The position numbers and the translations under genes are program-made. Source: Alphaproteobacteria bacterium (lineage in GTDB: Bacteria > Pseudomonadota > Alphaproteobacteria > GCA-2731375). From it: 64,000 nucleotides of DNA. The notes beneath the pieces were generated by a model. It did no database searches. It was not told the origin of the DNA and saw only the letters and a program-made list of their open reading frames with translations. Shown here piece after piece: positions 44,543 to 55,156 of the stretch (its first letter is position 1; every line of letters starts with the position of its first letter). The DNA lies in assembly GCA_965225945.1 (NCBI GenBank), contig CBDDBZ010000039.1, positions 480,001-544,000 on the forward strand, given 5' to 3'.

Positions 44543-45297
44543 CTTGCCTATCCGGTTATCACCCACACCCACTATATGTAGTGTGCACCCATTTTCCTGA
44601 GTAAAGCTCGGTGCAGGTCGAAGCGGAGATATCTCCGGCGATGCCGAGCAGGGACTCGGACGGCATTGTAGCGCCTTTTAGGCGACACTTTAGCGTGGTG
44701 GAAATCCTAATCATTGAGTCGGATTTGGCAAAACGCCACGTTGCATAAAGGACCGTCACTTCATTGAAATTTATCTGAAATCGGAGGTGAACGACACCGA
44801 TGGAATATTCCAGGAAATCAGAGCTTCATTGAATTGTAGGATTCGAGTGCCGGATTATTCACAAATAGCTCTGTGAACTGGTTTTCAAGTTCGCTCAATA
44901 CGTCATATGAAGTAAACGGATTGAGGATCACGTTCTTGCGTGTCGCTTCGTCTTCGCTGCGACTCAAAACGCGCAGGAGACTAACAGGCGCGGACGGGTT
45001 CTTCGCAACGATTCGTGCCAGCGCGTCGCTTTCTTCGACTAGTGCCGTCAATCGCTCAGACGATGTCGTTTCATCAGCAGCTTCCCGTCTGGCCGTGGGT
45101 TTCTTCGTTTTTCCCTTGGTCGCCACCGTTCCGTCCCCCGATGTTAAGTACGTGACGTGAATTAAACTCCGGTTCGGTTTTCAGAACAATCAAGAATTAG
45201 CCGGATCGCCTCCTCAATGCGCCTGCGCCGGCCCTTGCCTGCAGTCCAAGGAGACACACTACATATAGTGGGTGTGGGTGATAACCGGATAGGCAAG
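44543..45297 (-). mobile_element. Non-autonomous IS1595-family (ISSod11-like ends) cassette, copy 2
   Basis: Perfect 43-bp inverted repeats; perfect 8-bp duplication caacgaac; no transposase. Confidence 0.92.
44818..45126 (-). CDS. Leucine-rich-repeat-variant-like cargo protein, copy 2
   Basis: Two amino-acid differences from 29140..29448. Confidence 0.55.
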   Translation of the reverse strand: MATKGKTKKPTARREAADETTSSERLTALVEESDALARIVAKNPSAPVSLLRVLSRSEDEATRKNVILNPFTSYDVLSELENQFTELFVNNPALESYNSMKL

Positions 45298-45763
45298 CAA
45301 CGAACATCTGGAGCCGCCGCTCCACACCCTGGTGATGGAGCTCGTGCGTTTGGCCGCGGACCGGCGTTCCGCCGCCAAGGTCGCGGCGGCGCGGGACGAG
45401 ATCCTGCCCTGGCTCAACATCCTGGAGGCGCATCTCGCCGCCAACGACCATGTCGCGGGCGACGCCTTCAGCCTCGGCGACATCACCACCGGCGCTTCGG
45501 TCTACCGCTGGCTGGTCTTCGACCTGGACCCGCCCGCGATGCCGGCGATCGCCGCCTGGCAATCCCGCCTCGCGACCCGCACCGGCTTCCGCCGCCACGT
45601 CCAGCCGCGCGACCACCACATGCGTTGAGAGGTCGGCGGGGAAATTGGCTGGTTGGTATTATTTTGAGCTCGAGCGGACGAGAGGCTAGATTGCCCAACC
45701 TCGGCGGCAGGTCGGCCAGGGACCTCCCCGTCAGGGACCGCGCGTTACGAACCCGAGGCTGCC

Positions 45764-46162
45764 ATGCAACCCGTGAGGCGGCTCGTCGCTCCCCTCGTCA
45801 CGGCCCTCGTATTGTTCGGGGGTCTTCGGACGGTCTCGGCCCAACAGGTGGATAGCGGCGACATCAAGCAGCCCGAGATGACGCCGAGTCTCGATCTCGG
45901 CAAGCTCGACTACGAGAGGTATTGCGCCTCGTGCCACGGCGTGAACGCGGCCGGCACGGCCAAGGGACCGACCTTCCTGCATCGCGTCTACCACCCGGGG
46001 CATCACGCGGACGGTGCCTTCCTGCTCGCCGCTCGAAGGGGCGCCAGGCGGCATCATTGGAATTTCGGCGACATGAAGCCGGTCGAGGGCGTGACGGATC
46101 GACAGATCGAGTCGATCGTCGGCTACGTCCGCGCGCTCCAAAAGGTGAACGGGGTCTTCTGA
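45764..46162 (+). CDS. Monoheme c-type cytochrome
   Basis: Signal peptide, CASCH, HHWNFGDMKP. Confidence 0.9.
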   Translation: MQPVRRLVAPLVTALVLFGGLRTVSAQQVDSGDIKQPEMTPSLDLGKLDYERYCASCHGVNAAGTAKGPTFLHRVYHPGHHADGAFLLAARRGARRHHWNFGDMKPVEGVTDRQIESIVGYVRALQKVNGVF

Positions 46163-47637
46163 GTTCCCTGTTGAAAAAGTCCTTCGCTCCGCCCGGTGTC
46201 CTTTTTTTAACATTCTCGAAACGGCGGAATTACGGCCCCGGGGCGGCTCGGGGCGGCACGGCATCGCGGAGCAATGCCGCCATGTCTCCCAGAACAATAA
46301 ACGTAACTGCCCAGGTACATGGTGGCCTTTTAGGCGGCGTGGAGACGCTCGATCAGGGTTTCGGGATTTTCCATGAGCGCCTGGATGATGTTCCAGCCCT
46401 GTTTTCTGGCGGTCGAGATGAAGCCACGGACGGTGGCAAAGTCTTCGGCGCCTTTCTGGCTGCGGAAGCCGCCGGAGATTTTCTGCTTGACCTTCATCAT
46501 GCGCCCGTCCTGCTCGGCCTGATTGTTGGTGAACGGCACGGCGAAATTGATGAGGAAGCGCAGCGCGTCTTCCTTGTGTGTCTGAAGGCGCCGGAGAAGG
46601 TTGTGCCCGGTGCGGCGCGGCTTGCTTCCCCGGCGCTTGGCCTTGCTCGATCTGGGCGCAAGAGGAGGTTGTGCCTCGTGAAAGGCGATGCCCTCGGCCG
46701 TGATCGCGTCGTAACACCCTCGGAAGCGCTCGACGAGGCCTGGTTTCAGCGCCACGCCCCGCTCCCGGGCGAGATTTACCGCGTGGCAGGCGCGGCGCAA
46801 TAGTCTCTGCATCTTGCGTGCCCAGCCCTCCTTCTCGATCTCGATCAGGGCTTGCAACTCGCGCAGGTGATGGGCGTTGCACAGCGCGTGCCGTACGCCC
46901 TCCATCGTAAAGTACGGCTTCCAGTGGTCATGGACGACGATGCCGCCGACTCCGCCGAGCAGGCTGCCGCGTCGCTCCGAGACCCGATAGAAGGTCAACC
47001 GCGCGGTCGAGGCGACGTGCAACCATTGGGTCCGCCCGGCGATCCGCAAGCCGGTCTCGTCCATGTGCTTGACCGGCGCCGATTTCACCAGTTCGCGGAT
47101 CACATCGACGACGCCTTGGACGGACTCGGCGCTGTTCCCGCCCCTCCGCGCGAGGCTCGCCGGAGACAGTTCCGCCCCGAACAGATCCTTCATCAATTCA
47201 GCCAGGCGGTCCTCGGGCAGGAGTTGGTAGTGCGACAGGTAGACCACCATGGCTCCGATCCGAGCGCCGTATTGAACCGGGCCGGTGATGGCGACGGGAA
47301 AAGAAGCCCGAGTGTACGTGCCGCAATGCCCGCAACGGCAGCGATGCGCCCGATGCTCCGTGACCACCAGGGGCCGGGGCTCGGGTAGATCGAAAACCTG
47401 GCGGGCCCCATGGCCGGTAGCCATATCCGGCGTCAATCCCGAACCACACCACTGGCACGTCTCGGGATAATGGTCGACGGTGGCGTCGGGATCGGCGACT
47501 TGGCGCAGGGTCTCGCCCTTGTGGCCCTTTTGCCCGCCCGGCTTGCGGGCCGATTTCTTACGGAGGCTCCTGGTGCGCTTCTTTTGGGGATTATGAATGC
47601 TACTTGACGCCCTGCGGGAAATCCGCATGATGGACGG

Positions 47638-48030
47638 ATGTTTGGAACCGAGGCATCCCTCCCCATTACGGTCAAAGAGGTGGGGGCGGTCGTGAGGCGC
47701 TTCTTATTAATGCTCCGCCTGCATCGGTGTCCGTGTTTCGATCGCACTCTCTTTTGGACGTTCTCATGGAAACTAGCGGATATATTTCGAGTTCTCGAAA
47801 GTCCTGACGTCTCTCCTGACGGATTTACGCATAATCACTACTTGGCAAAACGAGACGTGGAACGCATCACAGGAACGTTTAACATTGACTGTCCTGAAAT
47901 AGACGCCGACACGGTAAGGATTTGGCTTCACTATATGGCGCTGCTGATTGATTCATGTAAAGACGGCAATCTGAAGGTGGCGAGGAATATTATGAGAGAT
48001 CCCAATCTGAGATTCAGATCAGATGACTAG
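47638..48030 (+). CDS. Hypothetical passenger protein
   Basis: Lower-GC 130-aa ORF inside the IS1595 ends. Confidence 0.5.
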   Translation: MFGTEASLPITVKEVGAVVRRFLLMLRLHRCPCFDRTLFWTFSWKLADIFRVLESPDVSPDGFTHNHYLAKRDVERITGTFNIDCPEIDADTVRIWLHYMALLIDSCKDGNLKVARNIMRDPNLRFRSDD

Positions 48031-48700
48031 ACCCAACTTCGCCAGCGGCCCAGAGCACGGGCAACAAGACGATGGCCGAATGGAGGGCCGCACAATGACC
48101 CGAGGCGTCCCTGTTCTCGACCCGGCGGTGCACCTGAAGGGTGCGACCCCGGAGAAACTGGCGAAGGCGCTCTTTCGCCGAACCGAGCCGCTACCGCCCC
48201 GCGTTGGAAAGCCCGTTGCTGGAGACGAGGTCGCGGTAGAGAAGGTTTCGACCGACGAGCCGGGCAACAGTGTCCCGCATTTGGGCAAGAGTGCCTGAGT
48301 CGCGGATGTTGTGCTTGCCAGCGAACTCCTGGACGTAACGGTCAAGATGCTTCGGACTGATCTTGTGGAAGGTTCCTTTGTGGGCGCGCTTGAGCATGCT
48401 CCAGAAGCTTTCAATACCGTTGGTATGCGCCATGCCGTCAACGTACTCGCCAACGCTGTGTTTGACGGTTTCGTGGTCGAAAGTCAGCCCCTTATAGGAG
48501 CCATGATCGTCCGTGTAGACCTTGGCATCGGACGCGGCGTGATCCGCGACGAACCCCTGCAATGTCTGGCCATCTGTGTCGTCAATGTGGAACGGCGTGC
48601 AAAGTTGACCCCTGTTGAGGGGTGATCGGCGTCCAAATTTGACCCCCTGAGCCTGGCTAGTCCAAGTCACCTCGTTTTTGGGCGGACGAGGTGGTGGGGG

Positions 48701-50212
48701 ATGTTGGTCGTGGAGACGATAGCGCGGATCCGGCGGGAGTATTTCGTCAAGGGGAAGCCGATCAAGGAGATCGTGCGGGACGTGAAGGTCTCGGGCAACA
48801 CGGTGCGCAAGGTGATCCGTTCGCAGGCGACGGCGTTCACCTACGACCGGCGGGTCCAGCCGATGCCGAAGCTGGGGCCGTGGACGGCCGAGCTGGAGCG
48901 GATGCTGGAGGCCAACGAGACCAAGTCGAAGCGGGAGCGGCTGACGCTGCTACGGATCTCCGAAGCCCTCGAGGGTCTGGGCTATGGCGGCGGCTACGAC
49001 GCGGTGCGGCGCTACGCCAAGGCGTGGCGGTGGCGCCGTTCGGCATCGACGGCGCAGACCTATGTGCCGTTGGTGTTCTCGCCGGGCGAGGCCTATCAGT
49101 TCGACTGGAGCCACGAGTACGTGGTGCTGGCGGGGGTGACGACCAAGGTCAAGGTCGCGCACGTCCGGCTGTGCCACAGCCGAATGTTCTTCGTCCGCGC
49201 TTATCCGCGCGAGAGCCAGGAGATGGTGTTCGACGCCCACGACCGGGCATTCCGGCTGTTCCAGGGTGCCTGCCGGCGAGGCATCTACGACAACATGAAG
49301 ACGGCGGTGCAGACCGTCCTCATCGGCAAGGAGCGCGCGTTCAACCGGCGCTTCGTGCAGATGTGTGGCCACTACCTGGTCGAACCGACAGCATGCACGC
49401 CGGGAGCGGGATGGGAGAAGGGGCAGGTCGAGAACCAGGTCGGGATCATCCGCGGTCGGTTCTTCACCCCGCGGCTGCGCTTCAAGACCTACGACGAGCT
49501 CAACGCCTGGCTCTTGGACCAGTGCGTCGCCTACGCCCGGCGTCATCCCCACCCGGTGTTCAAGGACAGGACTGTCTGGCAGGTGTTCGAGGACGAGCGT
49601 CCGTCCCTGGTCGGCTATCGCGGGCCGTTCGACGGCTTCCACGCGGTCCCGGCGTCGGTGTCGAAGACCTGCCTGGTGCGCTTCGACAGCAACAAGTACA
49701 GCGTGGCGGCGCGCGCCGTCGGCCGTCCGGTCGAGGTCCATGCCTACGCCGATCGCATCGTCATCCGCCAGGACGGCGAGATCGTCGCCGAGCATGCCCG
49801 GCGCTTCGGCCGCGACCAGACCGTCTATGACCCGTGGCACTACGTGCCCGTGCTGGCGAGGAAGCCCGGTGCGCTTCGTAACGGCGCGCCGTTCAAGGAC
49901 TGGGCGCTGCCCGGCGCCCTGGGTCGCGTGCGCGTCCGGCTCGCCGGCCACGACGACGGCGACAGGCAGATGGTCGAGATCCTCACCGCCGTGCTGGCGG
50001 ATGGGCTGGCGGCGGTGGAGGCCGCCTGTGCCGAGGCGCTCGCTGGCGGCGTGTGCAGCGCCGACGTCGTGCTCAACATCCTCAATCGTCGGCGCCAGCC
50101 GTCCGAGACGGCGCCGATCCCGACGCCCGCGAACCTGCGTCTTCGCTTTGAGCCGGTGGCCGATTGCACCCGCTACGACCGCTTGAGGGGGGTCGGCCAT
50201 GGAGCGCCATGA
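48701..50212 (+). CDS. istA: IS21 transposase
   Basis: [26 protein letters not shown]. Confidence 0.95.
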   Translation: MLVVETIARIRREYFVKGKPIKEIVRDVKVSGNTVRKVIRSQATAFTYDRRVQPMPKLGPWTAELERMLEANETKSKRERLTLLRISEALEGLGYGGGYDAVRRYAKAWRWRRSASTAQTYVPLVFSPGEAYQFDWSHEYVVLAGVTTKVKVAHVRLCHSRMFFVRAYPRESQEMVFDAHDRAFRLFQGACRRGIYDNMKTAVQTVLIGKERAFNRRFVQMCGHYLVEPTACTPGAGWEKGQVENQVGIIRGRFFTPRLRFKTYDELNAWLLDQCVAYARRHPHPVFKDRTVWQVFEDERPSLVGYRGPFDGFHAVPASVSKTCLVRFDSNKYSVAARAVGRPVEVHAYADRIVIRQDGEIVAEHARRFGRDQTVYDPWHYVPVLARKPGALRNGAPFKDWALPGALGRVRVRLAGHDDGDRQMVEILTAVLADGLAAVEAACAEALAGGVCSADVVLNILNRRRQPSETAPIPTPANLRLRFEPVADCTRYDRLRGVGHGAP

Positions 50213-50927
50213 GGTCCTGGAGATGATGGCCGCACTCAAGCTCGCCGGCATGCGCGACGCGTTCGACGAGGTGCTCGCCGACGGCCTCAAGCGCCAGCAT
50301 CCGATGCAGCGAATCATCGGCGAGCTGTTGAAGGCCGAGATCGCCGACAAGCAGGCGCGATCCATCAAGTACCAGATGAGTGGCGCCAAGCTGCCGCTGG
50401 CCAAGGAGCTGGCCGACTTCGACTTCACCGACACCCCGGTCAACGAGCCGCTGGTCCGCGAGTTGGCGGTCGGCGGCTTCCTGGCCAACCAGCGCAACGC
50501 CGTGCTGATCGGCGGCACCGGCACCGGCAAGAGCCATCTCGCCGTCGCCATCGCGCGGGCCTGCATCCGCGATGGCGCCCGGGGCCGCTTCTTCAACGTC
50601 GTCGACCTGGTCAACCGGCTCGAGGCCGAAGCCCGCGCCGGCCGCCAGGGCCGGCTCGCCGATCAGCTGGCCCGGCGCGACCTCGTCATCCTCGACGAGC
50701 TCGGCTACCTGCCCTTCGCCCAAACCGGAGGCCAGCTGCTGTTCCACCTCGTCAGCCGGCTCTACGAGCGCACCTCGATCATCGTCACCACCAACCTGAC
50801 CTTCGGCGAATGGCCGTCCGTCTTCGGCGACGCCAAGATGACCACCGCGCTCCTCGATCGTCTGACGCACCACTGCGAGATCATCGAGACCGGAAACGAC
50901 TCCTGGCGCTTCAAGAATCGGTCCTAA
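50199..50927 (+). CDS. istB: IS21 helper ATPase
   Basis: [25 protein letters not shown]. Confidence 0.95.
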   Translation: MERHEVLEMMAALKLAGMRDAFDEVLADGLKRQHPMQRIIGELLKAEIADKQARSIKYQMSGAKLPLAKELADFDFTDTPVNEPLVRELAVGGFLANQRNAVLIGGTGTGKSHLAVAIARACIRDGARGRFFNVVDLVNRLEAEARAGRQGRLADQLARRDLVILDELGYLPFAQTGGQLLFHLVSRLYERTSIIVTTNLTFGEWPSVFGDAKMTTALLDRLTHHCEIIETGNDSWRFKNRS

Positions 50928-52204
50928 AGGCAACCGATCCACCTGCCGCCCGGTCGCCCAGGTGGGCCCACAGGAACCTCCCACGCGCGGTCCGCCGCCA
51001 GCCGCGTGGTGGGCGCGTCGGCCCGCGCGCGGGCCCCTCCTATGGACTACCTGTACGACCTCCGCCGTGCATCCCCAAAGGGGTCAACATTGCACGCCGA
51101 TAGGGGGTCAATGTTCAACGCCGATTGACAGTCGTCAACGACACGGGCCGTCACTTTGTTGCTGTCGCGGTCTTTCATACCAACAACGGCGGTCTTGCCA
51201 ACTGCACCACGTCCGGTGCCCGCCAACTCTTTGCGCTTGGCCTTGCTCATGTTCTTGCGCTTGCCGCCAAAGTAAGTTTCGTCTACCTCGACCGGGCCGT
51301 CGAAAGGTTCGCCGTTCTCGCCCGCCCACGCTTCACGGATACGGTGCAACATGAACCAAGCTGTAGGCTGGGATACGCCGATATCGCGGGACAGTTTCAT
51401 GCTGGCGACGCTTTTAAGGCTGGTAAGGCACAAGTAGATGGCGATGGCCCACTTGCGAAGCGGGACGTTGGAGCGGGCAATCGGCGTTCCGGTGCGGACG
51501 CTGAAATACGACCGGCAGTCAGAGCACCAATAGGGCATCGGTTTGGCGTTCGGGACTTCGCGCGTCCGAACGCTCCCGCACTTGCCGCAATGCCGCTCGC
51601 CGTCACGCCAGATAACGGACTCGAACCATGCCGTCGCGGCAGCCTCATCCGGGAACATGTCCATGAGCTGGACCAGCGTAACGCCTTCGCGATGGGCTTT
51701 GCCTGGGGCTTTCTGCGTCATGTCCGTGTCTCCCTTCCAACACCTTGGAATATAGGGAGTCAGTCAGCTAATATCAAGTAGTCTTTATAATCCCCCTTCT
51801 TTTTACCCGCCGGTGGCTTGTTCAATCCATCGCTCGACGGTGGCTTGCCGCTGTTCGTGCTGTTCAGGCCAAGCCGGCGCTCGAGTTCACCAAGCCGGAG
51901 TTCGAACTCGGCGAGCCGCGACCCTTGGGCCAGCACCACATCGATCAGCTCGTCTTTCGACAAAAAGGCAAGAACATCCCTATCCATCGAATCCTTAGAA
52001 TCGATCAACCACCCTATGTCAAACGAAATCTAGGCCGTCAGCGCCCCAAACCCACAAAATCTGCCCCCAGAGACCCAATCCGCAGCCTCATCGAAATCAG
52101 CTACCTGGGCAGTTACCAATAAACGCTTATTTCGCATGGTTGGCTGGCGAATTCCTCTTTGGGACGCTATTTTGCCTTTAGCTTCGAGCACGGAGGCACC
52201 GAGG

Positions 52205-52588
52205 ATGTCCAAGTCAACGCCCGACGATCAGCGGCCCGAGGTCTGGATCGGGCATATCGTGCTTCCGACCGACCGGTTGGAGGAGACCGAGGCTTACCTG
52301 CGCGCCGTCGGCATGCGCCCGATCCTGAAGAACGAGCGCCTCGCCATCCTGGAGCTGCGCGCCGGCACGCATCTGTTGTTGAAGACCAGCGACGAGGTCG
52401 ATCCCGGCGACGCCCCCTTCGATCTCATGGTCGACGACATCGACGCCTCGCATGCCCGCATGCAGGCCTTGGGCTTGGCCCCCTCGGAGATCGCGGACGG
52501 CCGTATCCACCGCTCGTTCACGCTGACCGAGCCGGCCGGCCATCGCATCACCGTCAACTCCTCCCACAACTCCGGCCTGCCGGTCTGA
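52205..52588 (+). CDS. VOC (glyoxalase-like) family protein
   Basis: IGHIVL, FDLMVDDIDASH, SFTLTEPAGHRI. Confidence 0.82.
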   Translation: MSKSTPDDQRPEVWIGHIVLPTDRLEETEAYLRAVGMRPILKNERLAILELRAGTHLLLKTSDEVDPGDAPFDLMVDDIDASHARMQALGLAPSEIADGRIHRSFTLTEPAGHRITVNSSHNSGLPV

Positions 52589-52855
52589 GGACGGCCTCGA
52601 GGCTCGCCGGAGGGCGCGGGAGATCGCGCGCCCGAATCCGTTTCGCAAAATCGTCCGCCGACGTCTTCCGCTGGCTGCGCCGCGTGAACCCGGTGCCCGA
52701 AAACCTGAAGATTTAGAGCCATGTCGGGGGCGAGAAGGCGCGAACCCGGGCCAATTCGGCCCTCGGGTTCGAATCTCGCCGGAAAATTGAGCGGAATCAA
52801 AGACTTGCTGGCGGTGCAGGAAGGCGGGAGCGAACTCGTCTCTACTGTCGGCGGG

Positions 52856-54078
52856 CACAGTACACGACTCGTTCATGCTGGCTTTGGCCTGGGCACCTGG
52901 ACTGGTGGTTTTCCGGGGACGAGGAAACGAATCAGCTCAATGGCTTGACGCCTGTCGATAGGATTGACGAGCTGTCGCCTTATCCACTCGAAACCGTATC
53001 GGAAGATGGATTTTGCCATCCTTTTGTGGGTTTTGAGGCGGATCGGCTCGGCCTCGTGGAGCCAATCGCCGACTTTGTGCGCCCAGCAGAAGGTGATGGA
53101 AAGGACGGCGGTGAGCTTGGAGATGCGCTCCGGGTCGGTCATGTGGGTGTCTTCGAGGTTGAAGCCACGGGTTTTCAAGGCGGCGAAGAGGGTCTCGATT
53201 TGCCAGCGCTGGGCGTAGATGGCCAAGGCCTCCTCGGGCGCGTCGTTGGTCACGACGATCAACAGTTCGCCGGTCTTGAGATGGAGCGCGGCGACGAAGA
53301 CGGGCCTGGCCTTGGGTTTTCTGGCCTCCGAGAGGCGCCTGGCGTTGGAGAGGATGCAGCTTTCCCCGGGTTTGAGGTCGCGAAACAGCTCCCTCGCCTT
53401 GACCATGCGACCACGCGTGTTGGCGATCTTGATGTTGGATCGGATGCGGATGTGAAAGGGGATGGCCTTTTCCTGCAACCATGCCAGCCAGGCGTCGCCG
53501 ATGAATTCCCGGTCGGCCAGGAGGCTGGCGATCTTGTCGACCCCGAAGAGCCGGAGGACGTGTTCGAGGATCGCGATCCGCTCCTTGGTATTGGAATTGC
53601 CCGCCTTGTCGAGCACCCGCCAGCACACGGGAATGGCGATGGCGCGGTTGACGATGCCGATCATCAAGATGTTGACGTCGCGGCGACCCAGCCGCCAGTT
53701 GGTCCGGTCCATGGTCAGCCGCCACGGCCCCGCCTGGAGCCCCATCATCGCGACCAGGAACTCGGCGAGGCGATCGTAATCGAAATCGACTTGCTCGAAA
53801 AACCGTTGCAGGCGCCGATAGTTGGAGCTGGATCGCGCGCGCCCCGGAAAGTGGCAGGCCAAGTGAGAGAGGTTCACCGTCCGGGCGACGAACACGCCGA
53901 AGACCAAGACGCAAAGGCTCTCCAGACGGCTCTTGCGAAAGGCGAAGCCGCATCGTAGCGTCTCACGCAGGGCGTTGATCGGGTTGTCTCGCATGATTTC
54001 CCTCTTGACTCGTCGTGGAGTGAATCGGGAATCCTACAACCTTTTCAACGTCCTACGTAAATGCCGTCGTGTACCATG
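52856..54078 (-). mobile_element. IS4 family element, intact copy; transposase 52873..53994
   Basis: 9-bp duplication gtcggcggg; MDRTNW, ADREF, YAQRWQIETLF. Confidence 0.95.
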
Positions 54079-54092
54079 GTCGGCGGGTCAAG

Positions 54093-54252
54093 TTCCCTGT
54101 TATGCAGGGAAATTACAGGGAAAATTGCCGAATTTGGTCGATATCGGCGGAATCGAGGCCTCAATCGCCGCAGTTTTCTGCCGTTCTTGATGCGATTTCC
54201 CTAACCACCCGAACAGGGAATTATGTCGCCGTATCAGGGAAACAGCAGGGAA
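54093..54252. repeat. Cluster of CAGGGAA motifs
   Basis: Five direct copies (54105, 54116, 54214, 54235, 54246) plus inverted ttccctg at 54093. Confidence 0.7.
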
Positions 54253-54496
54253 TTTGTCCTTGCACGGCTCCAAACGACAACCACGGCGTATATCCGTGGA
54301 GGCCGACCGCGATCATCCGAACAGAAGGCATCGCGAAGCGTTGAATGGAGAGGACGAACGACGATCGTGTGCATGTTGGGGACACCATCCAGCCGAGGCC
54401 AAAAACGCCGGGACTTCCGCAACAGACGAGATTTTCAGGAACCACGGGGCTGAAGTGCCAGGATTTCCGCGGCCGACGAGGTTTTGAGGAACGACA

Positions 54497-55064
54497 GGTT
54501 CTCTCGGTCGACGAGAAGAGCCAGATCCAGGCGCTCGACCGCACACAGCCCGGCTTGCCGATCAAGAAGGGCCGAGCCGGCACCATGACGCATGACTACA
54601 AGCGCCACGGCACGACGACATTGTTCGCCGCGCTCGACGTCGCCACCGGCAAGGTCATCGGCCACTGCATGAAGCGGCACCGCCATCAGGAATGGCTGAA
54701 ATTCCTGCGCCGTATCGACGCCGAGACGCCCAAGAAGCTCGACCTGCATCTGATCGCCGACAACTACGCCACCCACAAGCATCCCAAGGTCAAGGCGTGG
54801 TTGGCAAAACATCCTCGCTTCCATATGCACTTCACTCCGACATCCGCCTCCTGGCTCAGCCAGGTCGAACGCTTCTTCAGCCTGATCACCAGCGATCAAA
54901 TCCGTTGCGGCGTGTTCAAGAGCGTCGCCGAACTCGAAACAGCCATTCAGAAATACCTCGAGCACCACAATGCCGATCCAAAACCCTTCGTATGGACCGC
55001 TTCCGCCACCGCCATACTCGAAAAAGTCGCTCGTGGGCGACAGGCGTTAGAGTCGGTACACTAG
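54497..55064 (+). mobile_element. IS630 family remnant (3' half)
   Basis: [28 protein letters not shown]; ends in acactag; N-terminal half absent. Confidence 0.85.
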
Positions 55065-55156
55065 CACGCTCCGCTCGCCGCCGGGACCGGCATCAAGGGC
55101 GGTTTCAGGACTTTTTTCCGTCGCCCAATCGAACTGTCGGGGCGGTGGCATCGCCT

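Larger units (their letters stand above)
44197..45628 (+). pseudogene. Glutathione S-transferase split by the cassette
   Basis: N-part MNPNGTVPTI..LWDSNAI..QWMAWSNE, and C-part HLEPPL..AFSLGDIT, rejoin on removal of 44543-45297. Confidence 0.88.
48586..51130 (+). mobile_element. IS21 family element
   Basis: TG...CA ends with repeated ttgacccc boxes; 8-bp duplication gtcgtcaa. Confidence 0.95.
47586..51795 (-). mobile_element. IS1595 family (ISNwi1-like) element with passenger ORF; transposase split by IS21
   Basis: Ends ggggattat..ctacttga; 8-bp duplication cttctttt; transposase 51721..51131 plus 48585..48191 (VEVDETY, YTDD, HTNGIESFW). Confidence 0.92.
46303..52116 (-). mobile_element. IS66 copy 2, interrupted by nested IS1595 and IS21
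   Basis: gtaactgcccaggta ends; perfect 8-bp duplication caataaac; transposase halves 52008..51796 and 47585..46330. Confidence 0.95.

Noticed and set aside
46168-46212. ctgttgaaaaagtcc...ctttttttaaca as an IS or MITE end
   Set aside because: Too short and imperfect; equally consistent with a terminator after the cytochrome gene.
52755-52785. tRNA suggested by ggttcgaatc
   Set aside because: No cloverleaf can be folded around it.
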